Shown here in pieces: positions 10,541-21,084 of a stretch of DNA of 64,000 nucleotides (position 1 is its first letter; each line of letters starts with the position of its first letter). A program made the translations under genes and the position numbers. The notes under the pieces were generated by a model, which was given only the letters and a program-made list of their open reading frames with translations, did no database searches and was not told where the DNA came from. This DNA comes from Myxococcales bacterium (GTDB lineage Bacteria; Myxococcota_A; Polyangia; Polyangiales; DASUME01). The stretch covers positions 4,448,001 to 4,512,000 of the forward strand of contig JASGJH010000001.1 of NCBI GenBank assembly GCA_047601445.1, in the 5' to 3' direction.

Positions 10541-13183
10541 ATGTCGCGCTACAGAGATTCCGCTTACCTGCGACAAGTGGCCGAAAAAGTGCTCCGGGAT
10601 CCGACCCCCGCGGACGGTCTTTTGCCACTTCCTGACCATAGGATTGAAGACGCCATCGCGGAGGTTACTGCCGCCGAAGAAGCGATCTGGGGCTCGGTGG
10701 AGCACGAGTATCAGTACCTCCATGATCTGGAAGCCAGGGAGCGGGAAATCTGGGATCGGCTTGTCCACGCAAATCGATCCCCAACCGCGGCACTCGCGAT
10801 CACTCGACGACTCGTCTGGTTCGCAGCGTTTCCAACGATCGTAGGCGGCCTGGTCTGGTTCGTTCGGGATGGCGTCCGCAGTGGGTGGCGCGTCTCCATG
10901 GGCGAAGTCGTCAAGGGGGCCTCGGACCAACTCTTCGTCGTACCCGCGTTAGTTTGCGTTGGTCTTACGGCGCTGTACTTGTTGTTGGGACGGCACCAGC
11001 AGTTCGAGCGCGCCCGGCGCGAAAGCGCGATGCGCGTGCTTGCGGGCCCCGTCGAGGAGCTCACCCGTCAGGCCCGGCGGCACGCAGAAACCGCGCTGCG
11101 CGGCTCCGTGGTCCGCGCGGGCAATCGCTTCTCGGCCAGCAGGGCAGCCGCAGTTTTTCAAACCTCCTTGCAAGTCGGCAAGACGGCCGGACTCGACGCT
11201 GCGTTCGACCCCAGATTCGACGTGACCACGACGGCGCGTGATCGCCTGCGATTTCTACTCTCGAGGATGGGTGGCGGAAGCATTGGCATTGCAGGCCCTC
11301 GCGGAGCCGGGAAGTCAGCCCTGATCGCGTCGATCTGCCAGGACTCGCTGACTCACCTCGACGGTCAACCGACATTGACCGTAACTACGTCGGCACCGGT
11401 CGAGTACCAACCGCGAGAGTTCCTACTGCACCTGTTTGCAACCCTCTGTCACCGGATCCTCGAGCGCGCCAATCCCAACCACGAGCGGCTCGATTGGCGA
11501 CGTAGGAAGTCGGAACTGGAAGAACGCGTCGCCCCTAGAACCACGCGCGCTCTGATGCGGGTTGGCACAATGGCGGTCTACCTCGGCATCGTCATGGCAA
11601 CGGGCGCTTACTGGCTAGCGAGGTCCAACGTCAACGATGCTTTTGCTGCGCGCGCAGAGGCAGAGCGGGAGCGTGAGGCGAGGACGGAGGTCGAACGCGT
11701 AGGCGGGCAGGCGAACGTCAAGCCCGCCCTGGCAGAGGATCCTCGCAGTGCGAGATCCGAGGCGGTGAAGATCCCTACCCTCTCGCAGGAGCTTGGGCTG
11801 ACGCCCTCGGTGCTTGCGAAGGGGAGTGCTTCCTTCTTAGCGCTCGGCGCGCTGCTGCTCCTTTTCGTCTCGGTCCGACGAGACTTGCCTCGCGTCTTCG
11901 GAGGCGGAGCGGATGAACGTAGTCGAGCGCCATGGGATGACTTGGAGGAAGAAGGATTGCAGAGGCAGGCTGCCGCGTGGCTAACCGAAATCAAGTTTCA
12001 GCAGAGCTATACATCAGGCTGGTCTGGAGCAATGAAGTTCCCGATCGGTCTCGAAGGCTCCCTCAATCGAGCCCGCGCGCTGGCCCAGCAGCAGCTCACT
12101 CTACCCGAGATCGTCGATGGCTTCGTGCGGCTTTTGAGGCGTGCGGCCACCGAGTACCGCGTTGTGATTGGCATCGACGAGCTCGACAAACTTGAGCAGG
12201 ACGAGAAGGCGCAGCGCTTCTTAAACGAGATTAAGGCTGTGTTCGGCCCACCGCGGGTGTTCTATTTGATCTCTGTCTCGGAGAATGCGATGAGCAATTT
12301 CGAGCGGCGCGGTCTTCCATTCCGGGACGCCTTCGACAGCGCCTTCGACGAAGTGATCGCCGTCGGCTACATGGATTTTCAGACTGCGAGACGCGTGCTC
12401 AATGAGCGCGTCCCCGGAATCCCGGTGCAGTTTCAACGTCTTCTCTTCTGCTTCTCCGGCGGCCTGCCTCGCGAACTGATACGCGTCTGCCGCGATCTGG
12501 TGGAACAGGCAACCCTCTACCCCCAGCGAACTGATCTCGAGAGCATGACCCTGGCCATGGTACGGCTCGACCTCGAAACAAAACTGAAAGCGCTCATGGT
12601 CGCGGTCGAGAGGGAGGACGCCGAGCGCCACGCGGGTGCCCTCATGGGAGCCTTACACAGGCTGGAGGCCTCGCCAAAGATCGATCGGGATACGCTCGAG
12701 ACAGTGAGCCAGATCATGCTCGCCACAGAACGCGCCATCTCCGGAGGGCCCTTGGAGGTGCCAAGCATGTTGGCTCTTCAGGAGAAACTCGACCGACTTT
12801 ACGTACTCCAGCAAGAGCTCGGTAGCTATCTCTGGTTTCTGGCCTCTCTGCTCGCCGAGTTTCCCAATACGCTCGACGAAGCTGCTCTGAGCGCAAGGGA
12901 ACCTGGGCACGAGCTGTTGGTCTCCGTTCGCCGCTCGCTAGCCGGAAACACGAACTTGGCAAAGAGCCAACTCGAAGAGCTCCAGGCGACCTCTCCCGCA
13001 CGCGGCGCCAGGCTCCTCAAAGTGCCGGCTCCTAACCGCACCCCTGACATTCGGCGCAGCGCCGTCCCCGGACTTCGGCACGTCGGCGCAAGGTCGAGCG
13101 GCATGTATCCACGCAGCCCTGGGGGAAGGTCTTCCAAGCTGCTCGTGCGCCGTCCCCGGCGTGCGAGCACGTATGGTCGCTAG
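10541..13183 (+). CDS. KAP-family-like P-loop NTPase with transmembrane segments
   Basis: Walker A GPRGAGKS, Walker B VVIGIDELDK, two TM helices inserted between them, two more TM helices at the N-terminus. Confidence 0.8.
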   Translation: MSRYRDSAYLRQVAEKVLRDPTPADGLLPLPDHRIEDAIAEVTAAEEAIWGSVEHEYQYLHDLEAREREIWDRLVHANRSPTAALAITRRLVWFAAFPTIVGGLVWFVRDGVRSGWRVSMGEVVKGASDQLFVVPALVCVGLTALYLLLGRHQQFERARRESAMRVLAGPVEELTRQARRHAETALRGSVVRAGNRFSASRAAAVFQTSLQVGKTAGLDAAFDPRFDVTTTARDRLRFLLSRMGGGSIGIAGPRGAGKSALIASICQDSLTHLDGQPTLTVTTSAPVEYQPREFLLHLFATLCHRILERANPNHERLDWRRRKSELEERVAPRTTRALMRVGTMAVYLGIVMATGAYWLARSNVNDAFAARAEAEREREARTEVERVGGQANVKPALAEDPRSARSEAVKIPTLSQELGLTPSVLAKGSASFLALGALLLLFVSVRRDLPRVFGGGADERSRAPWDDLEEEGLQRQAAAWLTEIKFQQSYTSGWSGAMKFPIGLEGSLNRARALAQQQLTLPEIVDGFVRLLRRAATEYRVVIGIDELDKLEQDEKAQRFLNEIKAVFGPPRVFYLISVSENAMSNFERRGLPFRDAFDSAFDEVIAVGYMDFQTARRVLNERVPGIPVQFQRLLFCFSGGLPRELIRVCRDLVEQATLYPQRTDLESMTLAMVRLDLETKLKALMVAVEREDAERHAGALMGALHRLEASPKIDRDTLETVSQIMLATERAISGGPLEVPSMLALQEKLDRLYVLQQELGSYLWFLASLLAEFPNTLDEAALSAREPGHELLVSVRRSLAGNTNLAKSQLEELQATSPARGARLLKVPAPNRTPDIRRSAVPGLRHVGARSSGMYPRSPGGRSSKLLVRRPRRASTYGR

Positions 13184-13617
13184 CGAATACGGTCGTTGAA
13201 GGGACCTAGTCGAGCACGCTGATGGTGTAGGTCTTGTTGGACCCCGAGCTCCAACTGAGAATCCGTCCAGCCCCAGGAACTTCCGCTGCTCCAGTACTCG
13301 TGCAGGTGACTATCCGAGGCAATGTAGAAGATGTGGCTGTTGCCGGGGGCATCCTGATAGCCGGCAATCGGCCGCCCTGCTGTGCTCCCCAAATCGTTTG
13401 GATGCCGTTCGATGTAACGGAGCTCGAGAAATTTCCCGCTCGGGATTTGTGCGGGGGTAAGCGGCGGCTGGACCGCCGTGGATAAGGAGTGCGACATCCA
13501 TTGCCCGTGGTCCGGGTATAGCTCGTGAAAAGCTCCTTCGAAACCGTTGTAGTAAACGTGTTGCGCCGTGCCGTCCCAGCCGCCCGACACACCATCGTCG
13601 CCGACCCCTATCGTCAC
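13180..13617 (-). pseudogene. fragment of a fucose-lectin-like beta-propeller repeat protein
   Basis: Two repeats (QHVYYNGFEGAFHELY; SHIFYIASDSHLHEYW...WGW), no signal peptide, and degenerate ends. Confidence 0.45.
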
Positions 13618-13700
13618 ACTTGGGCCGGATGCTCTTCCTGCGCCCAGTGCTCCACAATCCCTTTCGTCGATTGTGAGTTGTCAGACTCGATCCGGTGCGT

Positions 13701-14027
13701 TCAACGATCCGACCGCTCCACGACGACCTCGCTGACCTGGAGCACCGGGGCGATGTCGGTGTAGTTGACAATGTCGCCGCGGATCTCGGCGCCGTGCTCC
13801 TGCATGGCGGCCTGGAAGCCTTCGGCCGACTCACAGATGAACGCGCACATCGCCACGAAGGCGGGCGGTGCATCGGGCACTCTGCCGGCCAGGCCTCTTT
13901 CGACGGTGTAGTAGGCGCAGGCAGTACCCAGCCTGGCCTTCACCATCGGCATGTGCCGGTCGCGGTAGTAGGCGTGGTCGAAGCGCGCGCCTTCGGTGTA
14001 CGGGTACATCACGTTGATTTTGACCAT
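13701..14027 (-). CDS. EthD family reductase
   Basis: MVKINVMYP...FDHAYYRDRHMP...DIVNYTDIAPVLQVSEV; GGAG RBS. Confidence 0.9.
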   Translation of the reverse strand: MVKINVMYPYTEGARFDHAYYRDRHMPMVKARLGTACAYYTVERGLAGRVPDAPPAFVAMCAFICESAEGFQAAMQEHGAEIRGDIVNYTDIAPVLQVSEVVVERSDR

Positions 14028-14355
14028 GCGCGTCTCCTCGCCACCATTGGCGTCGTCGCCCGGGAATTGGCGATCGCAGGTGGCTCAGCTCGAGAACCTA
14101 CGGTGATGTAGCGCCAGTCGGCCAATTGCGCTCGACTAGAAACCACGCGCGGCAGCGCTGTACGCTTGATAGCGCTGGCCGGGGGCGCGCAGACTCAACG
14201 TCTCAAAGCCCTCGCATAGCGGCACAAGCTCAGTGAGCACGGCAACGATTGGCAGTCACCCCAGCTCGAGCGACCGTGGCACCGCAGATGGCGGCAGATG
14301 GCGGGAATGCACCACGCTTGCTCCCTGCGTCGGGCTACCTCTAGAGTGATTCTGC

Positions 14356-15564
14356 ATGAGATCGGCTGGCCGCGTGGTTCTCTTGCTGACGTGGTTGGCT
14401 GGTTCGCTGGCTGGCTGCGACGCCCTGGACTTGTCACTCCCACAGTGGATGCAGACGAGGAAGGAGAGAGATCGGGCAAAGTGGGAGGCCTTCTGCGAGC
14501 CGGTTCGCGACTGCGTGCGGTCCGCAATTCCTGAGCGATTCGACCCCGCACGCCACCAGGCAAACGTCATGGCCGCGAATGGGTGCCTGAGGGGCGGTGG
14601 CATCGATTTGAGTCCGGCTTGCCTGCCAGTTGACACCGGCGTCCACGCGGGGACTGGACGTCCTGTGCGCGCGGGCGTGGACGCGAATTACGACTGCGTC
14701 GCACCCACGACCTACATGGTTACCGTGAGGTTCACGAGCGTGGACGAAGCAGAGTGCCGGTGTCTTGGTCGCCGCCACGGGCACTTCGTGCAGGGAGACT
14801 TCTTCTACCAGCACTGCGAAGTGGTCGATACGGAACGTGTGCGCCGAGATCCAGTGCACGACTTCTTGCTCGATAGCCTAGACATCCCGGCGTTCGGGAT
14901 AGGTCCACTCCACCAAATCAGAAAGGGGCGGGTCCTTCTGCGAGTTCTCCCCGACTTGCTGCCGCAGGCACTCGGCTCGCCCACCAGCTTCGCTCTCAGG
15001 TCGCTCAGCATGGTGGACAGCCGGGTGGGATCACGGGACGAACCGCCCTTGCTGGAGGTGACGTATCGCGTCATGCCCGCGATGGATCTCGAACGCTTGG
15101 TCACGCTGGTCTCCCACGACGACTCACCCGGCCTGCTCGCGTTCCCCGCTACGGATGATCGCAATCCATCGATCCGGCTCGCCTGGAATGGAGGCACGGG
15201 AGATCGCCAGACGTACATCCCGGAGGACTCGCGCGTCGCGCGCACGGTCCACGACGAGCTGCAGCGCTCGCCCAGCCTCTCGTCTTGCACCGCTGGCGCC
15301 CGGCTGCCTTATGGAGGGGCCGCATGTGTCCCCGGTATCCGCGACGCCCCGTACCTGGCTTGGCGCCGCGGCAACATGGAGATCAGGGCGGTCACACGCG
15401 TGGTAGCAGACGCGCTCTGTGAAGGGCTGGCTCAGGTGTTGAGCACCAGGCCCGGTCTCCTCAAAGCTCCGGTCGACCTACCGCGTTCCGAGCCGCGACG
15501 TAGCGGGCCCAAGAAGAAGTCAGAAGCCAAGCCGAAGTTGGATGATCCGCTCATTGGCTTGTAG
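14356..15564 (+). CDS. hypothetical lipoprotein
   Basis: LAG-C lipobox; 402-aa ORF. Confidence 0.65.
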   Translation: MRSAGRVVLLLTWLAGSLAGCDALDLSLPQWMQTRKERDRAKWEAFCEPVRDCVRSAIPERFDPARHQANVMAANGCLRGGGIDLSPACLPVDTGVHAGTGRPVRAGVDANYDCVAPTTYMVTVRFTSVDEAECRCLGRRHGHFVQGDFFYQHCEVVDTERVRRDPVHDFLLDSLDIPAFGIGPLHQIRKGRVLLRVLPDLLPQALGSPTSFALRSLSMVDSRVGSRDEPPLLEVTYRVMPAMDLERLVTLVSHDDSPGLLAFPATDDRNPSIRLAWNGGTGDRQTYIPEDSRVARTVHDELQRSPSLSSCTAGARLPYGGAACVPGIRDAPYLAWRRGNMEIRAVTRVVADALCEGLAQVLSTRPGLLKAPVDLPRSEPRRSGPKKKSEAKPKLDDPLIGL

Positions 15565-15784
15565 GGACCCGACAACTCGTTGAGTACAGAAAAGTGCGGG
15601 CTCAGTCCTAACAACGCCAGTGGTCCTGTCTCTATCCACTCGCGGCGCCACCTGGCTTCGCCGGTTTTGGAGCGTCATGGCACAAGGCATTCGAGCACCT
15701 CAGGAACGAGAATCGCTCGGGAACGGCAACCTCGGGGATGAAGGCTGCGCCAGCGCATATCCGCTCTTGGTCCCTTCGCGCGTC

Positions 15785-17404
15785 GTGAGCGGACGTTCCC
15801 TGAGCCTCGCCGCGCTAGCCATCCTATGGAGCGCCTGTGGTGGCGACTCCCCGTCCTCCCCTGGCGTAATGCAGCCTGACCGGGACGCCAACACACCGGA
15901 TGCTAGCCCGGAGCACGACGCCGGCCCGGGCGCGCCTTTACTACCCAGGGAGCTACAAGGCTTGGACCTCTCCGATCCCGCGCCGACCCAGCCCGACCTG
16001 AACGGCCTGGTGCCGATCGCAGGCTTGCGCCTCGCGGCCGACGTCGTCGACGCGGACACCGGGGCCAAGCAGCTGAGCGTGATCGATTTCACCACTGGGA
16101 TGGTCCACGCGGCCGCCAAAGCCAATCGCGACAAGGTCGCGCTAGCACCGGGCGCAGCCGGATACCTGTACGCCGACGTGCAGGGCGAGGTAACGAACAA
16201 CTTGCTGTTCACACGCCTTGTTCCGGGCGGGTTCATCCCGGAAAAGACCATCAGCGGGTATGCGGACAAGCCGGGCATCTTCAGCTTCCTGGCCAGCAGC
16301 GGAGACAGCCGCTTCAACGTCTACGCATTTGGCGGGTCGAATCGACACGACCTTGACTCGCAGGAGATCATTGACTTGGCGACTGGCAGCCGCTTTGGCT
16401 CCCTACCTGTCAACGAGGACGGCAGCACCTTCAGCAGTTTCGCACCGCAGGGCCACTACTTTCGCACCAATTTCGGCCATAGCAGCAGCGGAAGTGCCAC
16501 CAACGATATCCGCTGGGGCAAGCTGACCAAGGACGGTACTTCGCCGCTCGTCGCTCTTGGACAAGACGCGAGCTTCGCCCAGTTTAGCGACGACGGCACG
16601 CATCTCTACTATGCCAAACCAGGCACCGCTGGACAGGGCTTGGTTCTCTACGTGGCGCAGCTACCCTACGTGGGCACTCCACTGCAGCTGGATCGACCGC
16701 TTGCCACGTTCGCCTGGATGGTGCGCGCAGGTGCTGGCGGTTCGAATCTGTTCGCGCAGCTAACCGTGGCTGAAAAGCCTGGGTGGTACCGAATCACCCC
16801 CGAAGGGAAGACCGAGCACTTGCTCGATGTCAACTACGACAGCGAGGACTTTGCCGAGAACGATTCGTTGCGCGCAATCTCATCAAACGCCGGCGCGGCC
16901 GTACGCATCGAAATCCAAGACCTCAAAACCATGAGCAGACAGACGCTCACTACCCGTGCCAAGACCAACGCCACGGTGACCGACCACCACGCCTACTACT
17001 ACGAGGGCACGGACCTGCACGTGGTGGGCCTCGACGCGACTGGCGTTCAGAACGTCGTGGTTAACGAGGCAGGTGAGACCGTCGATTGCCCCGTATTCCT
17101 CCGCAACAGTTTGGTGTATCGCGTCAAGGAAACTCAGGCGCTCGTGTTCATCAGCCTCGAAGGCCCCACGGCGACGCGGATCGGCACGCTACCTCTGCCG
17201 CTGGAAATCATGGATCGCAGCTGCCTGCGTCCGCACGTCTCCAAGGACAAGTATTTCTTCAGTGAGTACAGCAGCTACACCCATGTTCGGAAGTTTTGGG
17301 TCATCGACTTCGATGGCAAGACGCTCGGAACTGCAAGTGCGACGGCATATGGGACCGCGCCCGGCACGAACCTCGTATTCTCGTCCATGATCTTCGATGG
17401 TTGA
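15785..17404 (+). CDS. lipoprotein, probable beta-propeller
   Basis: Start re-called at GTG 15785 (ORF opens at 15620). Signal ending WSA-C; beta-rich repeats including FSDDGTHLYY. Confidence 0.65.
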   Translation: MSGRSLSLAALAILWSACGGDSPSSPGVMQPDRDANTPDASPEHDAGPGAPLLPRELQGLDLSDPAPTQPDLNGLVPIAGLRLAADVVDADTGAKQLSVIDFTTGMVHAAAKANRDKVALAPGAAGYLYADVQGEVTNNLLFTRLVPGGFIPEKTISGYADKPGIFSFLASSGDSRFNVYAFGGSNRHDLDSQEIIDLATGSRFGSLPVNEDGSTFSSFAPQGHYFRTNFGHSSSGSATNDIRWGKLTKDGTSPLVALGQDASFAQFSDDGTHLYYAKPGTAGQGLVLYVAQLPYVGTPLQLDRPLATFAWMVRAGAGGSNLFAQLTVAEKPGWYRITPEGKTEHLLDVNYDSEDFAENDSLRAISSNAGAAVRIEIQDLKTMSRQTLTTRAKTNATVTDHHAYYYEGTDLHVVGLDATGVQNVVVNEAGETVDCPVFLRNSLVYRVKETQALVFISLEGPTATRIGTLPLPLEIMDRSCLRPHVSKDKYFFSEYSSYTHVRKFWVIDFDGKTLGTASATAYGTAPGTNLVFSSMIFDG

Positions 17405-17466
17405 GCGGCGGACTACGTCCATTCCCATCTGCGAAGCGGCTCAAGCATATCTCTCCCCGCTCGAAC

Positions 17467-18213
17467 TCAGTACTGCGCCAACCCGCCATCGACGAACAAC
17501 TCGGCGCCATGGACGAAGCTGCTCTCATCCGATGCCAAGAACAGGGCGGCGCTGGCGATCTCCTCCGGCTTGGCCAGACGTCCGAGTGGCGTGCTTTCGA
17601 CCAACGCTTGGCTGAACGCCTTGAAGCTTTGCTCATCTGCAAGCCCCTGCAGGCCGGGGGTGAGAGTGCCTCCTGGCGCGAGCACGTTGACGCGGATATT
17701 GCGACCCTTGAGTTCGATGATCCAGCTGCGCACTAGATTGCGGATGGCGGCCTTTGTCGCGCTGTAAACACTGAAAGCAGCGGAGCCTTTCACACCGGCC
17801 GTGGAGCCCAATACGATGATCGAGCCCCCATCGCGCATCAAGGGCAGAGCCTTTTGCACGGTGAACAGAGTTCCCTTCACGTTCACGTCGAAGGTCTTCC
17901 GGTAGTGTTCTTCGGTAATCGCGCTCAGGGGCGCGAGCTCCCCAACACCTGCATTGGCCACCAAGACGTCGATGTGATCGCTGCGTCTCTTCACCTCGTC
18001 GAACAGCCGATCCAGGTCTTCGTTCTTCGCGACGTCGCCCAGCACCCCACTCACACGCGGACCCATGGCACGAGCTGCCGCATCGAGCTCGGCCCTACGA
18101 CGCCCGCTAATCGTCACGTCCGCACCTTCCGATGCGAAGCGTTGCGCGATTGCGAGGCCGATACCGCTGTTGCCACCCGTGACCACTGCCACCTTGCCCT
18201 TGAGCCGATTCAT
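17467..18213 (-). CDS. SDR family oxidoreductase
   Basis: TGGNSGIG, VANAG, YSATK, VDGG. Start at MNRLKGK after a GGAGG RBS. Confidence 0.95.
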   Translation of the reverse strand: MNRLKGKVAVVTGGNSGIGLAIAQRFASEGADVTISGRRRAELDAAARAMGPRVSGVLGDVAKNEDLDRLFDEVKRRSDHIDVLVANAGVGELAPLSAITEEHYRKTFDVNVKGTLFTVQKALPLMRDGGSIIVLGSTAGVKGSAAFSVYSATKAAIRNLVRSWIIELKGRNIRVNVLAPGGTLTPGLQGLADEQSFKAFSQALVESTPLGRLAKPEEIASAALFLASDESSFVHGAELFVDGGLAQY

Positions 18214-18425
18214 GACCACTTCCCTCCATTGATTCGCCTGCGCACCTGGAGCGCACCGACGCAAGCCAGCAAGTAGACCCCGGACAACGTGGCGGTTGGG
18301 GAGGATCTCGCGAGCTGATGGGTGCCCCCTGCCAAGAAGTTTTTCAGCTGTATCCGAGAGCGTCCTTGCCGCGGGCGCCTAGTGTGCACTTTCCTGCCCG
18401 CAGCAACCGCTCAATGGAGGCTCAC

Positions 18426-19247
18426 ATGGGCACAGTAACGACTAAGGACAGCGTCAACATCTTCTACAAGGATTGGGGCAAGGGACAGCCGATCTTGTTT
18501 AGCCACGGATGGCCGCTCACTGCGGACGCCTGGGATGAGCAGCTCATGTTTTTTGCAGATCAGGGCTACCGCGTCATCGCCCATGATCGACGCGGGCATG
18601 GGCGCTCGAGCCAGCCATGGCCGGGCAACAACCTCGACACCTACGCCGACGACCTCTCCACGCTGATCGAGAAGCTGGAGCTCAAGGATTTGATCATGGT
18701 CGGACACTCGACCGGCGGCGGCGAAGTAACCCGCTATCTCGGCCGCCATGGCACCGGACGTGTCAGCAAAGTCGTACTCGTGGGCGCCATCCCCCCGCTC
18801 ATGTTGAAGACGCCGGCCAACCCCGAAGGACTTCCGATCGCGGTCTTCGACGGCCTTCGCGACAGCGTCGCGAAGCAACGCTCGGGCTTCTATCGCGACC
18901 TCGCACAGCCCTTCTTCGGCTTCAACCGGCCCGATGCCAAGGCCATCCCAGGCATCACCGAACAGTTCTGGCTTCAAAGCATGACCGTAGGCATCAAAGC
19001 GGCCTACGACTGCATCAAGGCGTTTTCGGAGACCGACCTCACGGAGGACCTGAAGAAGATCGACAAACCCACGCTATTCATCCATGGAGACGACGATCAG
19101 ATCGTCCCGTTCGTAGCAGCCGCCAAGATCGCCTCGAAGATCGTAAGAAACGCGCAGCTCAAGGTGTACCCCGGAGCCCCGCACGGCCTGATGGTCACGC
19201 ACCGCGACCAGTTCAACAAAGACGTCCTCCAGTTCATACGCGGGTGA
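18426..19247 (+). CDS. cpo: non-heme chloroperoxidase / alpha-beta hydrolase
   Basis: [23 protein letters not shown] nucleophile, [20 protein letters not shown]. Confidence 0.9.
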   Translation: MGTVTTKDSVNIFYKDWGKGQPILFSHGWPLTADAWDEQLMFFADQGYRVIAHDRRGHGRSSQPWPGNNLDTYADDLSTLIEKLELKDLIMVGHSTGGGEVTRYLGRHGTGRVSKVVLVGAIPPLMLKTPANPEGLPIAVFDGLRDSVAKQRSGFYRDLAQPFFGFNRPDAKAIPGITEQFWLQSMTVGIKAAYDCIKAFSETDLTEDLKKIDKPTLFIHGDDDQIVPFVAAAKIASKIVRNAQLKVYPGAPHGLMVTHRDQFNKDVLQFIRG

Positions 19248-19507
19248 ATGCGCTCGTACCAAGATCGGCGTCGTGAAGCTTCGGCTGCGCAATATCTCGA
19301 GCCGCGAGGCCGGCCAGGTCTACCTGCTCTCCTCGCGCTCGTGCGCGGGCTATTGCACATGTTCGCGGTTTGCTTGAGCGCGTGAGCCCAGTTACGGTCT
19401 CTTCCGTCCTCGTCAACACCATGCTCTTGGAGGCGCTGGATAGTACTCATTACCAGCGCGCCATACATTTAGCTCGGTCACGGACCGGAATTTGATTCGT
19501 CGCTTCT

Positions 19508-20908
19508 TCACCCCTCATGACTCACGTGACGAGCCGGGCGCGGGCGCGAGCGCCGGCGGAGCGACAACATGAGCATGAGTGCGAGCACGGCGAAGCTCGG
19601 CAACGACTCACCGTGCCCGAGCGAGCATGCTGGTTGCTGCACATGCCCTCTCAATTCGGGTTGCTCCGGTTCTTTTGCGCCCGCATCGCTTGAGCCCATG
19701 TCGACCGAGCCGGCGTCTTCGGAGCCCGCGTCTCCGGAGCTCGACGCGTCCACCGACGCATTCGCGGTAGCTGCATCTGCGGTGGCTGCGTCTGCGGTGG
19801 CCGCATCGGCAGTGTCCTCGCGGGCGCCGCAGTCGTCCGGGCATGACGCGGGATCCTCGCTGCCCGTGCAGAACGAATCCCCGCAGCGCGCGCTGATTCC
19901 ACACAAGCGTTGGCTGGGGTAGCCACGCGCACAGAGCGCCTCGATGGCGAGCGCGATGTAGGTCGCCTCGTCGGCGTTTGGCTCCGCAATGGCGTCGCTG
20001 GCGGACGCGTCCTGACCGGCCGGGTCCACCGCTGCTGCATCGCTGGTGTCCTGACCTCGCCCGCCGTCCGGCTCGGGCAGCTGATTGAGCGTAAAGCAAT
20101 TCCGCACGCCGTCGTAGACATAGTCGTTGTTTCCGCGCACGAGCACCCCGGTAAGGGCGCCATCCGTATCGAGCACCGGAGCACCACTGGATCCCTCGAA
20201 TGTGTCCGAATCGAGCACGAAGTGTTCACTCTCGGGATCACTCGCGAGTACCCGAGCGCCACGATCCACCTTGAGCGGGATACCGTTCGTCGCACTCAGC
20301 ACGGTCAGGCGCTCCCCCTTCTGCAGCGGCTCGTCGCGAAGAACGATTGGCTCGCGAGCCTGTACCTTGTTCGCGAGCTGCACTACGGCGTAGTCTCCCG
20401 CCCTGGCGTTCAAGACGCTGGGTCCGACGCCGCGCACCACCACTTGTGTGCATTCATGGAGTTCGAGGCTCTGCAGGAAGGACTCGTCGTCGGGCGCGTA
20501 GTAGTAGTAGCCGAACGCGAAGTAGTAGTTGGGGCAGTCGAGAATGGTCTTGAAGCAATGGCCCGCAGTGACCAGCAAGTCATCGTCGATGAGGGCCGCC
20601 GTGCACACGGCAAGCGAACGCTGATCAGCAAAGCGCTCTTCGTCGCAGAAGTCGAGCGTGTCGCGCTGGGTCACCGGACTCGGGCGCAACGTTCCATCCG
20701 AGAGCCTCGTGATGTTTTCACGTGGGATGACCACCGCGACGGACCGCGCCGCGTTTCTAACTCCGGAGTCTACCTCCTCGTAGACCTCGCGTCGGTCGTC
20801 CGCCCCGTAGATGACGGGTGAAGAAATCATCTCTACCTGAGCGGACTCGGGGGGAGCAGCACACGAGACGAGGAACAACGAGGCGAGAGTCGTAGATTTG
20901 AGCTGCAC
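19508..20908 (-). CDS. trypsin-like serine protease lipoprotein with C-terminal MYXO-CTERM-like anchor
   Basis: TAGHC, DYA, GSSGAP catalytic triad; LVS-C lipobox; (DAATA)n linker; ACS...hydrophobic...RRR tail. Start re-called at GTG 20908. Confidence 0.85.
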   Translation of the reverse strand: MQLKSTTLASLFLVSCAAPPESAQVEMISSPVIYGADDRREVYEEVDSGVRNAARSVAVVIPRENITRLSDGTLRPSPVTQRDTLDFCDEERFADQRSLAVCTAALIDDDLLVTAGHCFKTILDCPNYYFAFGYYYYAPDDESFLQSLELHECTQVVVRGVGPSVLNARAGDYAVVQLANKVQAREPIVLRDEPLQKGERLTVLSATNGIPLKVDRGARVLASDPESEHFVLDSDTFEGSSGAPVLDTDGALTGVLVRGNNDYVYDGVRNCFTLNQLPEPDGGRGQDTSDAAAVDPAGQDASASDAIAEPNADEATYIALAIEALCARGYPSQRLCGISARCGDSFCTGSEDPASCPDDCGAREDTADAATADAATADAATANASVDASSSGDAGSEDAGSVDMGSSDAGAKEPEQPELRGHVQQPACSLGHGESLPSFAVLALMLMLSLRRRSRPRPARHVSHEG

Positions 20909-21084
20909 GGGCGACCTGCGGAAGAAAGGGCTTGTGTTGGTGCTCGATGCTGAGAACAAACGCACCGCTCCGAGGCGTGGGGAGGACGGTGCGTAAAAAG
21001 GGTGTGCCCTCTGGCACGGGTGGCGCAGCCACGTCTGGGGCACTGCAGAGGACGGGCGGCGCCATGGTGGCGCAGCCCGCGAGG

